A DNA stretch of 64,000 nt. Source: Felis catus (lineage: Eukaryota). Shown here one piece after another: positions 51,473 through 64,000 of the stretch; position 1 is the first letter of the stretch; each line of letters starts with the position of its first letter. Where the stretch lies: NCBI RefSeq assembly GCF_018350175.1, contig NC_058368.1:74898001-74962000 (forward strand). The letters run 5' to 3'. The position numbers were made by a program, and so were the translations under genes. The notes below the pieces were generated by a model. It had not been told where the DNA came from. It did not search any database and was given only the letters and a program-made list of their open reading frames with translations.

Positions 51473-51960
51473 ATGTCAGTTATTGCTGTATAACAAACTA
51501 TCCCCAAATCTCAGAGGCTCACCACAGTAAGAGTTTCTGTTTATGCACATGAGCCCCAGGGTCCATCTGGATAAACAAATTTTGACTGGGATCCCGGGGT
51601 GCTCTGCTTTGTCCTGTGTCACCAGCTGTGCTTGAATGTTGGACATGGTTGAGCTCAGGTCTTTGCATGTGTCCACTGTGGTGACCAGGCTAAAAAGGAC
51701 AACAGTAAATGGGAAGAACCTTCTCTAAGTGTGGATCACAAAATGCCAGGATTTAAGACCAATCTTGTAAGCAAATTTAAATTCTCCACTCCTGCCACAG
51801 CTATGAACTCATCCTTGGCCAAAACAAGTCACACTGACAAGAACAAAGTCAAGGGGTGGAGAAGTACACTGTCTCATAATGCATCAAGAGCCAGGATTTT
51901 AATGTATAATACTATCAAAGAGAAGTGAAAAGTTAGGACTAATAATTCAATTTTTGACAG
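51473..51960 (-). mobile_element. MaLR (MLT1-type) LTR relic
   Basis: tgtcagttattgctgtataacaaactatccccaaatctcagaggct...ttggccaaaacaagtcac. Confidence 0.7.
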
Positions 51961-52352
51961 TGAGGTTGATATTTGCAATTCATATTACATACAAAGGGAA
52001 ATTTTCTTGTACATAAAGAGCTTCTACAGATCCATTAGAATTAAGTTGAAATGCAAAAGAAAAATTAACAACGGATGGGAATAGACAATTTTCAGAAAAT
52101 AAAGAGATACGCTTTGGTTTGGGGAAAGATAGTCTACCTCATTCATTATAAAATAAATATAAATTAAATTTGGCCAAGATTGGCAAAAGTTAAAACAAAA
52201 TCACGTTGTGTTAGTGAGGCATTCTTATACATTACTTATGGTCGTGAAAGGGCACATCTACAGGGTGGGGGTTGCTATTTACGTATATATTTGAATGCCT
52301 ATATTTTAGCTATATATTTTACACATATATGCTTAAAATGCACACCATCTTT

Positions 52353-52572
52353 GGGGCACCTGGGTGGCTCGGCCGGTTGAACATCCGATTTCAGCTCAGG
52401 TCATGATCTTGCGGCTGGTGAGTTCGAGCCCTGCATTGAGCTCTGTGCTGACAGCTGAGAGCCTGGAGCCTGCTTCCCATTCTGTGTCTCCCTCTCTGTC
52501 TGCCCCTCCCCCATTTGCGCTCTGTGTCTTTCTGTCTTAAAAATAAATAAACATGAAAAATAAATAAAATAA
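52353..52572 (+). mobile_element. Can-SINE
   Basis: Head, CT tract and tail. Confidence 0.94.
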
Positions 52573-53869
52573 AATCTTTGGTCCAACAATTCCATTTCTT
52601 TATATATATTTGTCCTATAGGTAAGTAATGGTGCCCGAGGTCATTCATGGCAACACTTTAAACATTAGAAGCCTGAAAACATCTAACGGCTGGCAGTGTT
52701 GGACTAGTGACATAAATGATGTTACATCTATACAACCCTACTCAGCCTTTAGAAGGAGTGGCCAGCTTTATGTGTACTGATGTGAATGATGTCATCCACG
52801 GCACCTTGAGAGTGAAAAAAAGCAAGAGGGAGGAGAGGCTATGATAGGCTCACATTCCTGTGGGAAAACAAAAATATAAAAGGGATTCCGTGTGGGGGAA
52901 AGTCGACGAATATTCAGAATGGTCTGAAGAATAGATAAGAAGTAAGAGTCGGCTCAGGAAAGGGAAACTTGGATGCAATTAGCAGCTGTCATTGAGACGG
53001 AAAGGTGAAAAGCCCAGGATGGCATCGGTACCTATCCAGAGAGCAGAGACGGTGTTCGGAAACATTCGGGAGAAATGCATTGGTGTGCTCACTGCTCAAG
53101 ATCGAATTCTGGAACATGCGGTAGCTTCCTGTTTCCTACCTGCTTAAGCATGATCGCGCGGGGCGGGGGGGTGGGGGGGGATGCCTTTCATACACTTCCT
53201 AACATATGGATACACTAATGAGAATATCAGTTTTTAGGATGAAGATTTCTGCAGGACAATCATCCTCCTCTTTCATTTTCTTTGAAATTACCCGGAACTA
53301 TTTCACTGATGTTTTCGATAATGATGACAATCCAGATTATAATAATTTCCTTGTTATCTTTCAGCTTCAGAAAATTATCTGCTCAAAAACTGTATAATAC
53401 TCTAATTCCTTCATTATAAATGTTATCTTCTAAGATGTCAAATAGAGCAATAGAAAGGAAGCCTTCAGAAGGATAATGTTTTTCTTGGAGAATTTCCCCT
53501 CTTCAGAGGTACTGACCAATTCTGGAAGAGGAGGGATGTGATAAACTAAATTATCTGGTATTTTAAAACTATAGTTTTTCATTGGTGTGCTGAAATATAA
53601 AATACATTTCACCCAAGCACTGGCTTTCTCTAAAGAACTCATGTTTTTGAACACAATTTTGTCCTTATAATCTGACGTGGGCTCCTTTGGGGGTGGGGGG
53701 GGATTGGGGGGTGTCTTTTACTTTGCGAAATCTGAAGCAAGTTAAAACAATTTGGTCTGGTTACTGCTGTAACGGTCTCTTACAGAAAAGCTTAAGGAAC
53801 ACTCAGTTAATGTAGAAATAATGGCAAATGGATGGTCTCAATTTTCCTGTGCATCCGTGATAAGTCAAC

Positions 53870-54005
53870 TTTTTGACCTTGAGAGATTTATGTATTGAAG
53901 CTTCTTACGCCTTAGTTTCCTCGTCTACAGGATGTGAATTGCTATCATTTCGTTGTAGGCCTTTGGGGGGGGGGGGCAAAATGTAAATCCTCGCCGCAGT
54001 GCCTG
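53870..54005 (+). mobile_element. MIR relic
   Basis: ccttagtttcctcgtctacaggatg core-like motif. Confidence 0.45.
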
Positions 54006-54576
54006 AGGAGAAAATAATCTCTAGATATTTTTAGTTACTTTTACTAAAATCCCTATTGAATATTACCAGGGAACTATTACGCTGTCATGTCATCGTTATC
54101 TCGAGAGAAAGGTTTGTAAATTTCGACATACTGAGTTTTGTAAGTGGTGCTGGTAGTAACAAGTGACTAATGGACTCTGCTTTTGTAACATTCACACACT
54201 CTCAGTTTGGATGGATGGATCCATGGATGGGAAGACGGATACTACCTATTAAATCGGTAAACTAGTACCCACTGTAATGTTTATATTGTATCTCCCCAGC
54301 TATCATTTCCAATATTTCCTCTTCTGCTAATACGCTGATCCATTATCTGAATTAAACCCCTACTGGAAGTGAACACGGGTAAGAACGGGATGTCCACCTT
54401 ACAGCTTTCCACCAAAGAAATAAAAACGGTTTATCTTCTTTCGCTTTCTTCAAAAATGACGATTTATTTGAATTTCAGTCCACTCGTGACTTTGAGCAAC
54501 AAACGGTCTTACAAGCAATTTCGTCAAATGACCGAATGCGCTTAATGGAGAATTCTGGCTTTAAAAAGAGGCAAGA

Positions 54577-54803
54577 GGGGCGCCTGGGTGGCTCAGTCGG
54601 TTAAGCGTCCGACGTCGGCTCAGGTCATGATCTCCAGGTTTGTGAGTTCGAGCCACGCCTCGGGCTCTGTGCTGACAGCTCAGAGCCTGGAGCCTGCTTC
54701 AGATTCTGCCTCTCCTCCTCTCTGTGCCCCTCCTGTGCTCATGCTCTGTGTCTGTCTCTCAATAATAAAGAAACGTTAAAAAAATAAAAAAAATATAAAA
54801 AAA
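54577..54803 (+). mobile_element. Can-SINE
   Basis: TSD aaaaagaggcaag. Confidence 0.96.
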
Positions 54804-55232
54804 AAAAAGAGGCAAGGCGTTTTAGAAAGAGCACTGACATGAAGGGATATATATAAGAAAGTTAACACTGCACTAGCTGCAATTATCAGCCAGTAGCAAA
54901 GGGAGACATTTCTGTTCAGGTAATTCCATAATCCATCTAACTGTAAGAATGCATCCAAAGCAGAACAATGTGTTTCAGCGTTGTGATGTACATTCCTTTT
55001 TATGCCTGTTATTATATCTAAGACTTATTAAAAAAAATTAGTGACCATTATTACGCACTGAATGGAAAACTGAATTTGGTGAAATTTCAGGGTTAAAAGT
55101 TTGCTCAGTGTCCTGAAAGGAAGTTACAACTGAACAGAATATGGAGATTTTTATTTGCCTCTGAATAATTAAATGATGAAAATTAGGTGGGTATTAATTA
55201 ATTAATTAATTAATTGGAGGAAAATTGTTTTA

Positions 55233-55462
55233 GTTTTTTTTTTAATTTTTTTTAAACTTTTTAACATTTATTTTTGAGAAAGACAGAGACAGAATGCGAG
55301 TGGGTTAGGGGCAGAGAGAGAGGGAGATAACAGAATCCGAAGCAGGCTCCAGGCTCTGAGCTGTCAGCACAGAGCCTGACACGGGGCTTGAACTCACGAG
55401 CTGTGAGATCATGACCTGAGGCAAAGTCAGACGCTCAACCGACTGAGCCACCCAGGCGCCCC
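55233..55462 (-). mobile_element. Can-SINE
   Basis: TSD aat(t/a)gttttagttt. Confidence 0.95.
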
Positions 55463-55676
55463 AATAGTTTTAGTTTAAACCATATTTAAAACCACCTTGA
55501 AAAATGATCATAATGTATAAGAACTTTAATCATAATCTGAACTCCAGAAGCACCAAGAGGAAAAGCATTTTATTTGCTCCAGAGTTTACTAGTAAATGCA
55601 AAAAGTTATTATAATGTCATTTAAATCTTTTTTCTATATGATTCAGAACAGATGACATCACATTTATACGATCTTC

Positions 55677-55899
55677 TTTTTTTTTATTTTTTTTTTCAAC
55701 ATTTATTTATTTTTGGGACAGAGAGAGACAGAGTATGAACGGGGGAGGGGCAGAGAGAGAGGGAGACACAGAATCGGAAACAGGCTCCAGGCTCCAAGCC
55801 ATCAGCCCAGAGCCTGACGCGGGGCTCGAACTCACGGACCGCGAGATCGTGACCTGGCTGAAGTTGGACGCTTAACCGACTGCGCCACCCAGGCGCCCC
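55677..55899 (-). mobile_element. Young feline Can-SINE
   Basis: Duplicated atcttctttttt on both sides. Confidence 0.96.
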
Positions 55900-55930
55900 T
55901 AATCTTCTTTTTTTAAAAAATGTGCATTTA

Positions 55931-56672
55931 CTCATGTCAGCCAGAGTGGCTAAAATGAACAAATCAGGAGACTATAGATGCTGGCGAGGATGTGGAGAAA
56001 CGGGAACCTGTTTCATGCACTGTTGGTGGGAAAGCAAACTGGTGCAGCCACTCTGGAAAACTGTGTGGAGGTTCCTCAAAAAATGAAAAATAGATCTACC
56101 CTATGACCCGGCGATAGCACTGCTAGGAATTTACCCAAGGGATACGGGAGTACTGATGCATAGGGGCACTTGTACCGCAATGTTTATAGCAGCACTTTCA
56201 ACAATAGCCAAATTGTGGAAAGAGCCTAACTGTCCATCAACTGACGAATGGGTAAAGAAATTGTGGTTTATATACACACTGGAGTACTACATGGCAATGA
56301 GAAAGAATGAAATATGACCTTTTGTAGCAAAGTGGATGGAACTGGAGAGTGTGATGCTAAGTGAAATAAGTCATACAGAGAACAGAGAGATACCATGTTT
56401 TCAGTCTTATGTGGATCCTGAGAAACTTACCAGAAGACCATAGGGGAGGGGAAGGAAAAAAAAAAGGTTAGAGAGGGAGGGAGACAAACCATAAAAGACT
56501 CTTAAAAACTGAGAACAAACTGAGGGTTGATGGGGGGTGGGAGGGAGGGAAGGAGGGTGGGTGATGGGTATTAAGGAGGACACCTGTTGGGATGAGCACT
56601 GGGTGTTCATGGAAACCAATTTGACAATAAATTTCATATTGAAAATAAATAAATAAATAAATAAATAAATAA
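55931..56672 (+). mobile_element. Young feline L1 3' end (ORF2 C-terminus, 3'UTR, (TAAA)n tail)
   Basis: gatgctggcgaggatgtggagaaa..., G-rich 3'UTR; duplicated gtgcattta at 55922-55930 and 56674-56682. Confidence 0.96.
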
Positions 56673-56826
56673 AGTGCATTTATTTATTTTTTGGGAGGAA
56701 GGGGCAGAGAGAGAGAGGGAGAGAATCCCAACTAGGCTCTGCTCTGTCAGTGCAGACAGAGCCTGACAGGGGGTTCAATCTTATGAACCTGAGATCATAA
56801 CCTGAGCCAAAATCAAGAGTCTGGCT

Positions 56827-57035
56827 GGGGCATCTGGGTGGCTTAGTCGATTCAGCGTCCGACTTCAGGTCATGATCTCACAGTTCATGGGTTTGAGCCC
56901 TGTGTTGGGCTCTGTGCTGACAACTCAGAGCCTGGAGCCTGCTTCGGATTCTGTGTCTCCCTCTCTCTCTGCCCCTCCCCTATTCATTCTCTCTCTCTCT
57001 CTCTCTCCCTCAAAAATAAATAAATTAAAAAAAAA
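56827..57035 (+). mobile_element. Can-SINE nested in older SINE
   Basis: TSD aagagtc(t/a)ggct. Confidence 0.94.
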
Positions 57036-57044
57036 GAAGAGTCA

Positions 57045-57270
57045 GGGGCGCCTGGGTGGCGCAGTCGGTTAAGCGTCCAACTTCAGCCAGGTCACGATCT
57101 CACGGTCCGTGAGTTCGAGCCCCGCGTCAGGCTCTGGGCTGATGGCTCGGAGCCTGGAGCCTGTTTCTGATTCTGTGTCTCCCTCTCTCTCTGTCCCTCC
57201 CCCATTCATGCTCTATCTCTCTCTGTCCCAAAAATAAATAAACGTTGAAAAAAAAATTAAAAAAAAAAAA
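57045..57270 (+). mobile_element. Young feline Can-SINE nested at the tail/TSD of the previous SINE
   Basis: Duplicated aaaaaaaagaagagtca ending at 57044 and 57279. Confidence 0.96.
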
Positions 57271-60200
57271 GAAGAGTCAGGCTTAACTGACTGAACCACC
57301 CAGAAGCCTCTCTCTAATATGATCTTCACATATAATTGATAATGAAGATAAATGAGTATACGTTAATGTATAAACATTCATTAACAAGATTTTATACATT
57401 TATATTTTTATATTATTCATATATATTTATATTGATAAACATCTTATATAAACAGAATAATTTTGTCTCTCAGTTGAAATATTACTTTGCTTCTCAGTAA
57501 AAGAAAATTATCTTTAGTATTTTTTAAAAGCTCCCTTCTTTTTCCCCTCAGGAATACCATCGCATTAGGAGCTCATTGTCACTAAGCACCCAGATAGAAA
57601 GTTAATTTCTCTTACAAAACACAGGGTGGCCTCCACAAGATCACTTGAAATGAGAGGAATCAGAATCTTTGGATCACTGCAGATGCCCCACAGGAAGCCC
57701 AGCCTCTCTGCATCATGAAGAATTCAGAATTGACAGTTCATAGTCTACAGATCAGAATAAATATTATTACAAAGTTGGAATCAAGCACCAAAGGCTAACA
57801 CTACTGGCCTTGAAACTCAGTGACAAGAAATACAACAGCAAAGTTCAAACAAAGCTTGTTAGGAATTTGTCTAAGCAGTTTCAAATTAAATAAAGGAAAC
57901 AGAAGTGGAGAAAATGGTCCTATTTACAAGAAAGTTGATTAGAAACTAAATATAGAACACAGATTGAAGTACTCACTAACATATTTAGCGCTGGATTCTA
58001 AATACAGGCTCATGTTCTCAGGGGGAAACCAAGAAGCTATTAAATTAACTTAAGGCAAGTTTTATAGTGTCAATTATTGAGTTTCTACAACATTCCCATC
58101 CTGGTTTATTTCATAATTTCTCGTCCAATAATGCAAGAGCAATTGCCTAAAAACAATAGTTGTGATAGTAAAAAAAAAATCATTTTATTAACGAACAAAT
58201 CTTTAAAGCAGTTTACATGCTTAACCGGAAGCTGATATATTTCCCAGAGTCTCCACCACCAATTACCATCAACCAGCCAGTCCACGCCGTGCCTCCCAAC
58301 TCTGGAGGGCTCCTCTAGACCCGGAGCGGTACTAATTAGATGACACTCTGGGTCCATGACTTGGGATAACTGGGTTGTCACAGTGGCTGTGAATTAATGT
58401 TTCTGGTCTCTTTCTTGAAGCAAACATCATGACATTGACCAAAGGAGTCATGGGCTTTGCCTTAAGAAATCTAACATCCTCTCTATTTGTTCTCATCTTA
58501 AAACACGACCTTGTTCCTTTAAGAAGTATCACTTTCTAAAAAAAAATGCTTTCCCTGAGATTGAAAGGGTGTCTTTACCTTTTTTTTTAGAGTCCCATTT
58601 TATCTGCTCATCTTATCTTCTAAAGAAGACAATGATCTTCCATTTGATGATGAACATGTTTCCTTTTTTCCCCTTAAAATTACCAATGCAGGGGAAAATG
58701 GTGCAATATGGGATCTTTGACTAGCATATTAAAATTCACTTACTCGTTTCTTTGAAATGAGCTCTTACTGGTGCTCAGCACTTGGGAGAATGAAAATGTA
58801 GCAAACCAGGTGTAGATTCTTATAGGGTTCTATGGAGGCATCATTTTGCATGCTTCCAGGAAGCTGGGGAAACTCTCATGGCCGTTGAACCTTCAAGCAC
58901 AGACCCAGAGACTTTAGAACCTGGATGGTGTCCCTTGGTGTCCCCGGGTGCTTTAGAATTTCATTAGCTTTAGTCACAAGAAGAAATTAGCAGGCAACCT
59001 TTGTCCTTTTCTTTTTTCCAAAACAAAGTTCCCTATTTCAAATGGCACAGGACCCTTGAAGCAATTGTTGATGAAACCACGTTAGCATCTGACACGTAGA
59101 TGAACATGATTCAATGCGATTACAGTTTGGGACTTGGAGTCTGATTCCTGTTAACAAACCGAGATGGAGAAAGTATCAGAAAGTGTCCCCACTTTTAGTT
59201 ATAATGTCCCCCAACTTTTCTTTTAGTGTCTGATTTGCAAACTGTTCCAGAGAAAGGTGAATTTCACATAAAATATATTTATTATCAAATCCGATAGTTT
59301 TTAGAAATGTACCTATGCAAGTCACATTTGTGAGTTTGTGGAAGAGAGAGAGAGGGAGAGAGAAAGAGAAAGAGAGGAGAAAGAGACCTCAAGTTTTGAA
59401 AATTAAAGGTCGGGAACAAATGTCCATATCCCTTTCCAATTCAGTACTGGGAACATTTGTTAATACTTAGTTCTAATCACACCGTTCAAATAATCAACAA
59501 ATATTTTTCCCTTGGAGATCATTTTACTTAAAATCCCATTTTAACATATTACATTTAATTTTCCTGTTTTTTTGGCTTAAGTAAGACAGAGCAGAGAAGT
59601 TTTTATTAAGGACTTTAGACTCTGACTATTTAATTTGGAGATAAAGATGTTAACGCTTATTTTCTTGTTTAGGCAACAGTGAATATAAAGAAAGAAGCAT
59701 CACATTTATATCAGACACATATGCTGAGTGCTTCTGTAGAGTCTCTGAATAATTCCCTTTTCCATTTTTTTCCTCCACTATTTTAGAACTTCGGAGTTGT
59801 TTGTATTCCATTTTGTGGTTGGTGAGGTCAGGAACATATTTTAAATTAAATTATTAAATGCAACTTGAAGAGAATCGTCTTTAAGAACCAGAAATAGATT
59901 CCATTTATAGGAACACAGTGAATTAAATACACTGATGTATCTGCTTATCTGGATGCAGTTTTACTTGTACCTAAAAAACAAAACTTTAATTTGATATTTT
60001 TTCTCTATTTATATATAAGGCTAATGTGGCACATTCAATTGACCATATGTAGTCTGATATATATATGTAGACGCAGTAAAAAAAAAAATGTGCCAAATTA
60101 CACTTCCCTTTGTGGGGGAAAAGAATTGTGCTTTGAAAAAAATTACCTATCATACCACTGCAGTGATGGGAACTGGGGACTTTTGAAGTTAATAATACAG

Positions 60201-63200
60201 AATTAGAGTTATTTATTTAATTGGTTCCAGTCTACTGCAGTGTTTAACAAGCTCAGATAAATGGACTAATCTTTCACAATTAGTCTATTAAAGTCTGGTT
60301 ATTTTTAAAACTTATATCAGTTGCAATCAGAGGGTTTCCTAAGGCATAAATTGTCTAGCACCTTTGTACTTCGAGGACATTTAACTTGCTGCTGGCCCAT
60401 TTGCTCTATGCACTTTGTTTGTTTTAGCATAAAGAATTCCAGAATCATAACAGACATCTGAAAAGCCCCAGATGGCTTCAGTTAATAAAATGCATTAATC
60501 AGTTATTAGTGACTAAAAGGGATCCCCAATTCCTATTTAATAAGTGTTTCCTATTTTTGAACGTGTCAGTGGAAGCAGTGTAAAACGTAGTGCAATGATC
60601 ACTTGGGTAATCGACACAATACGCAACGTATCTCTTCTTGCATGGGGGTCCTACATCATACTAGATTTATTCTAAATATGGGAGTTGCATTTATTTAATC
60701 TCAAGTGGAAACTTTTATAATTGTTTAGAACTACTTGAATGAATGAATAAAGGGCATTTATTACACTCCGTAGCTGAAAATCTTAACATTTTCTTGTGAT
60801 ATCGTCAGTCACAAAGAATTTTATAAAATGAACGGATGGAAATAATTGGCACCCGGTAACCTCAAGGTCAGAAGTAATAACCAAATATGTTTTTCAGTAA
60901 AGATGAAAAAGTCAAAGCCTAGATTTAATGACCTGTGATCTCCTAATTGATCCCTAGCCCTTCCCTTTCCCTACGAAGGTTCTTTGACCCCTGACCAGCA
61001 CACTTCTTGCCCAGTTCAGTGTTCGACTATCTTTAGGTGGCCTCTGAAGTTATGCCCCCTTGTTTGAATTTCTTCTGCCCATGTGTGAACACTTTTTAAC
61101 ATGTGTGTTTGTAACACTGTTGAGTAGGTTTTGATGAAGTTTCAAAGTAAACCTCCCCTTATTCCGATCACCTAGTAAACATTGGATAATTAAATCAATT
61201 GGTTTTATAATTTGATCACATTAACCCCATTGGTTAAAATCTCTACTGATGTTCCTTCATGAAAGTCTCTTGAAAACTCAAATGTGTTCACATAGAAAAG
61301 AAATATTCAAAACCTCTGCTAATTCTGTGCTTGAGTTTAATGATGACAATTTTAAAGTAAGAAGCGTATTGTCTTCTAACCCTCCATGAGAGCAAGAATA
61401 ATTCAGAGTTTGCGTGCATTTACATTTATTTAAAGAATAGTCATAAATGAAATTCTAAGGGTAATAATAGAAGTACAGATTAAAAGAGAACAAGATATAT
61501 TATTTTTATGAAATATTTAAAAATTTAAATGTTTGACATTTAAATTTAAATTGACATTCAAATGGAAGATTTCTGATGCACGATGATGAGCTGTATTAAT
61601 TTAAATGAAAAAAAAATGACATTCATATTAGCTGTAATGATAAAATTTCATAATAAAAAAGAATCACATAAAATTTAAATAAAATGAAAATAACTTCTGT
61701 GGACAAAGCGTATAGTGCCATATCTAGTGTCCTTTTCCCCACCATGCGTGGTCGGTCTAGAACTTAATTCCCAGTGTACCTGCAGGGCCTCAATCAAGTC
61801 ACGGTCTCCTTGAGGTGGGGAATAGGAAACCAAGTACCTGGGGAAAAAATGATTAAAGAGACAAGTTTGTACAAAGATAGTGAAGAGGGTTCCTCAAGAC
61901 CAGTCTTTCATACTGTTGTTTAATCCCCAAATTGCCTGAATAAAATTCCCTGAAGGAAACACATAAGGAAGGCCAAGAGCTGGAAACATGAGAAGAAATT
62001 TCAACACACAGAAGATAAAGTGCTCAGAATTACCCGGTAACGGACATTGTACTTGTGGGGAAAAGAACAAATACATGGCCGTTGAAGAGGAAAAGTATTT
62101 GGAACAGGGATAATGGTCAAAGGAGGTAGGAACTCTATATGTAGTGTTCTAATATCAATATTGGAGAACAGAAGTGCACACGTAAAATGTGACTGGAAGC
62201 CAATGTATCAAAATGCTACCAGTAATTGATAGATGGTGGGTGCCATCTTTGTTTTTAATTAGTCTCAGTAAATACATAGTTAATGAGGAAATAGAGACTG
62301 AAATGTTAGTGACCTCCTGTTATATTTAGAGAACAGAATAAGTCATGAAATCCTTTTTATTTATGCTAACAGATTGGAATAAGCACCAGGACCATTTTAT
62401 AATATGCCAACACATATTAAAAATATAATATTTCACACTCTACTTCCCTTTGAAGAAAATGAGTAGTGGATGTTTATTTTTGGCATTGCTTTACCAACAG
62501 AGAGAGAGATTTCTATATTTTTTTAAGCTAAGCACTATGAAGATAGCACAGTTCATATTTGCACATGGAGCAGGGACATGTTATAATAACTTCTGAAAAA
62601 AACAGAATCAGTGACTGTAATGTCAATTACAATTGCAATTTGCAATTTGCAATTAACCACTTAAAAATCCTAATGGCATAACTTTTTAAAGTCATTTTAC
62701 TTTTAAAGTAAAAGTAATTACTTTCCTCTGTGATAAATTGTTGACTTCTTCAGCTTTAAAGTAGGGATAACATCACTGCTACAACTATGAAGTTTATTCT
62801 TTTATTTATCTGGTAAAAGAGATTTGGACAAAAAGTTGCAAAGGTTCACATTAACTTCTCAGCTACCTCTCCTCACTCAAGAAAGAGAATCTTAGAAACC
62901 AGAACTTTTGCTTTACTGGGGACTAATTCTTTCAACATCTATTTTTTTTCCTTTTTAAAGAAAAAATTATATTAGAAATATAGAGTCTCTACAGAGTTTT
63001 CAATGTGATTTTGATCCTTATGTTAAAGTACCATTATTACAACAGGAAAATTACAGGGCTTTCAAATTAGCAACCAGATGCAATTTATATAGAATTTCAT
63101 TACCGTTAGTTTACAAAGCTGACCTGTGCAAGACAGATGGACTCTTTGCTGTTTACTCCATTGCTGTGGTTTGGTAAACCAATGACTAGACAGTTTAAAT

Positions 63201-63487
63201 GTGTTTGTTCACAAGGCTGAGCATTCTTAAGTACCAGAACTGTAACTGGATTCTTCTAATGTGCAACCCAGAGGGTAAGCTATACCACATTCACTTACTT
63301 ACCTCTCAGAGCCAAAAGAACACAGACCTCCAAGGGTATTCCTTAGAACGCTACCTGGAGGAGATTATAATACATATATTTGGTGCGTGTAAAAATAACA
63401 AACATTTACAGTAGAAATGTTTAGAACTAAATAAGTTTTAAATATAAATACATTTTAAACAGTCTTCGGAATGTTCCCTGTTTTCTA

Positions 63488-63511
63488 ACACACACACACA
63501 CTCACAGACAG

Positions 63512-63548
<37 letters not shown>
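63488..63548. repeat. Compound (CA)n microsatellite
   Basis: Seen directly. Confidence 0.96.
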
Positions 63549-63550
<2 letters not shown>

Positions 63551-64000
63551 GGGGCAGATGGATACATTGAATCATTCAGGTAGCATAATCAATCGATGGG
63601 GTCATTCCCATCACCTAACTAATTCATTCATTTAGCCAATATTTGTAACATAGCCATTTGGGTTGAAGAACAGTGTTATATTTTCCACCAAAGGTTAGTA
63701 TTTTTTTCAAGTTTTTTTTTTCCCCAAAAGGTTTCGTGGTGGAAATACAATACATAGGTATTTCATTTTCTACCCCGCCCTTTAGTATATAAGAATTTTC
63801 GGAAGTCAATATGTCTCTGCCATATTTCATTACGACGGCGGATCAACATTGCTACTCTCTGAAGGCTGGACACATTTGCAGTATTTGCAAATTTGGCTGT
63901 GATTAACCAGATAAAAGGATGGCTCCCCAAATCTTCCCTCCGCCCCCACCCCTTCAGATATTTCAGTGCTTTTCTATGCCTCCAGAGTCAGGACGGAACT

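Larger units (their letters stand above)
56683..57310 (-). mobile_element. Old Can-SINE split by nested insertions (body 56683-56826, head 57280-57310)
   Basis: aaaatcaagagtc resumes as ggcttaactgactgaaccacccag after two inserted SINEs. Confidence 0.85.

Noticed and set aside
53038..53145. Reading frame with AETVFGNI resembling a DH-domain motif
   Set aside because: Match is too short and no convincing splice sites flank it.
1..64000. Naming the host gene
   Set aside because: No recognisable coding exon is present, so no symbol can be supported.

Overview
This is AT-rich mammalian genomic DNA from a felid, most likely domestic cat, judged from about 30 tRNA-derived Can-SINEs that include young cat-type copies. 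No intact protein-coding gene is evident. The listed ORFs are explained by SINE, L1 or microsatellite sequence, by the pseudogene, or are short chance ORFs. The window contains many Can-SINEs with target-site duplications (TSDs), several L1 fragments of different ages, MaLR/ERVL LTR relics, small DNA-transposon relics, MIR/L2 traces and microsatellites. The one clearly protein-derived sequence is a decayed, intronless NCOA7 retrocopy fragment (about 42852-44004, +) that ends abruptly before the TLDc region. Several repeat-free stretches carry minus-strand splice signals, suggesting but not proving that the window lies in the 5' introns or alternative first exons of a large unidentified minus-strand gene. 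Structural oddities include a five-element nested retrotransposon stack, abutting inverted SINEs, a probable twin-primed L1 and a fold-back duplication inside an L1. I found no convincing novel biological system. Repeat family names are from recalled consensus sequences and need Dfam/RepeatMasker confirmation.
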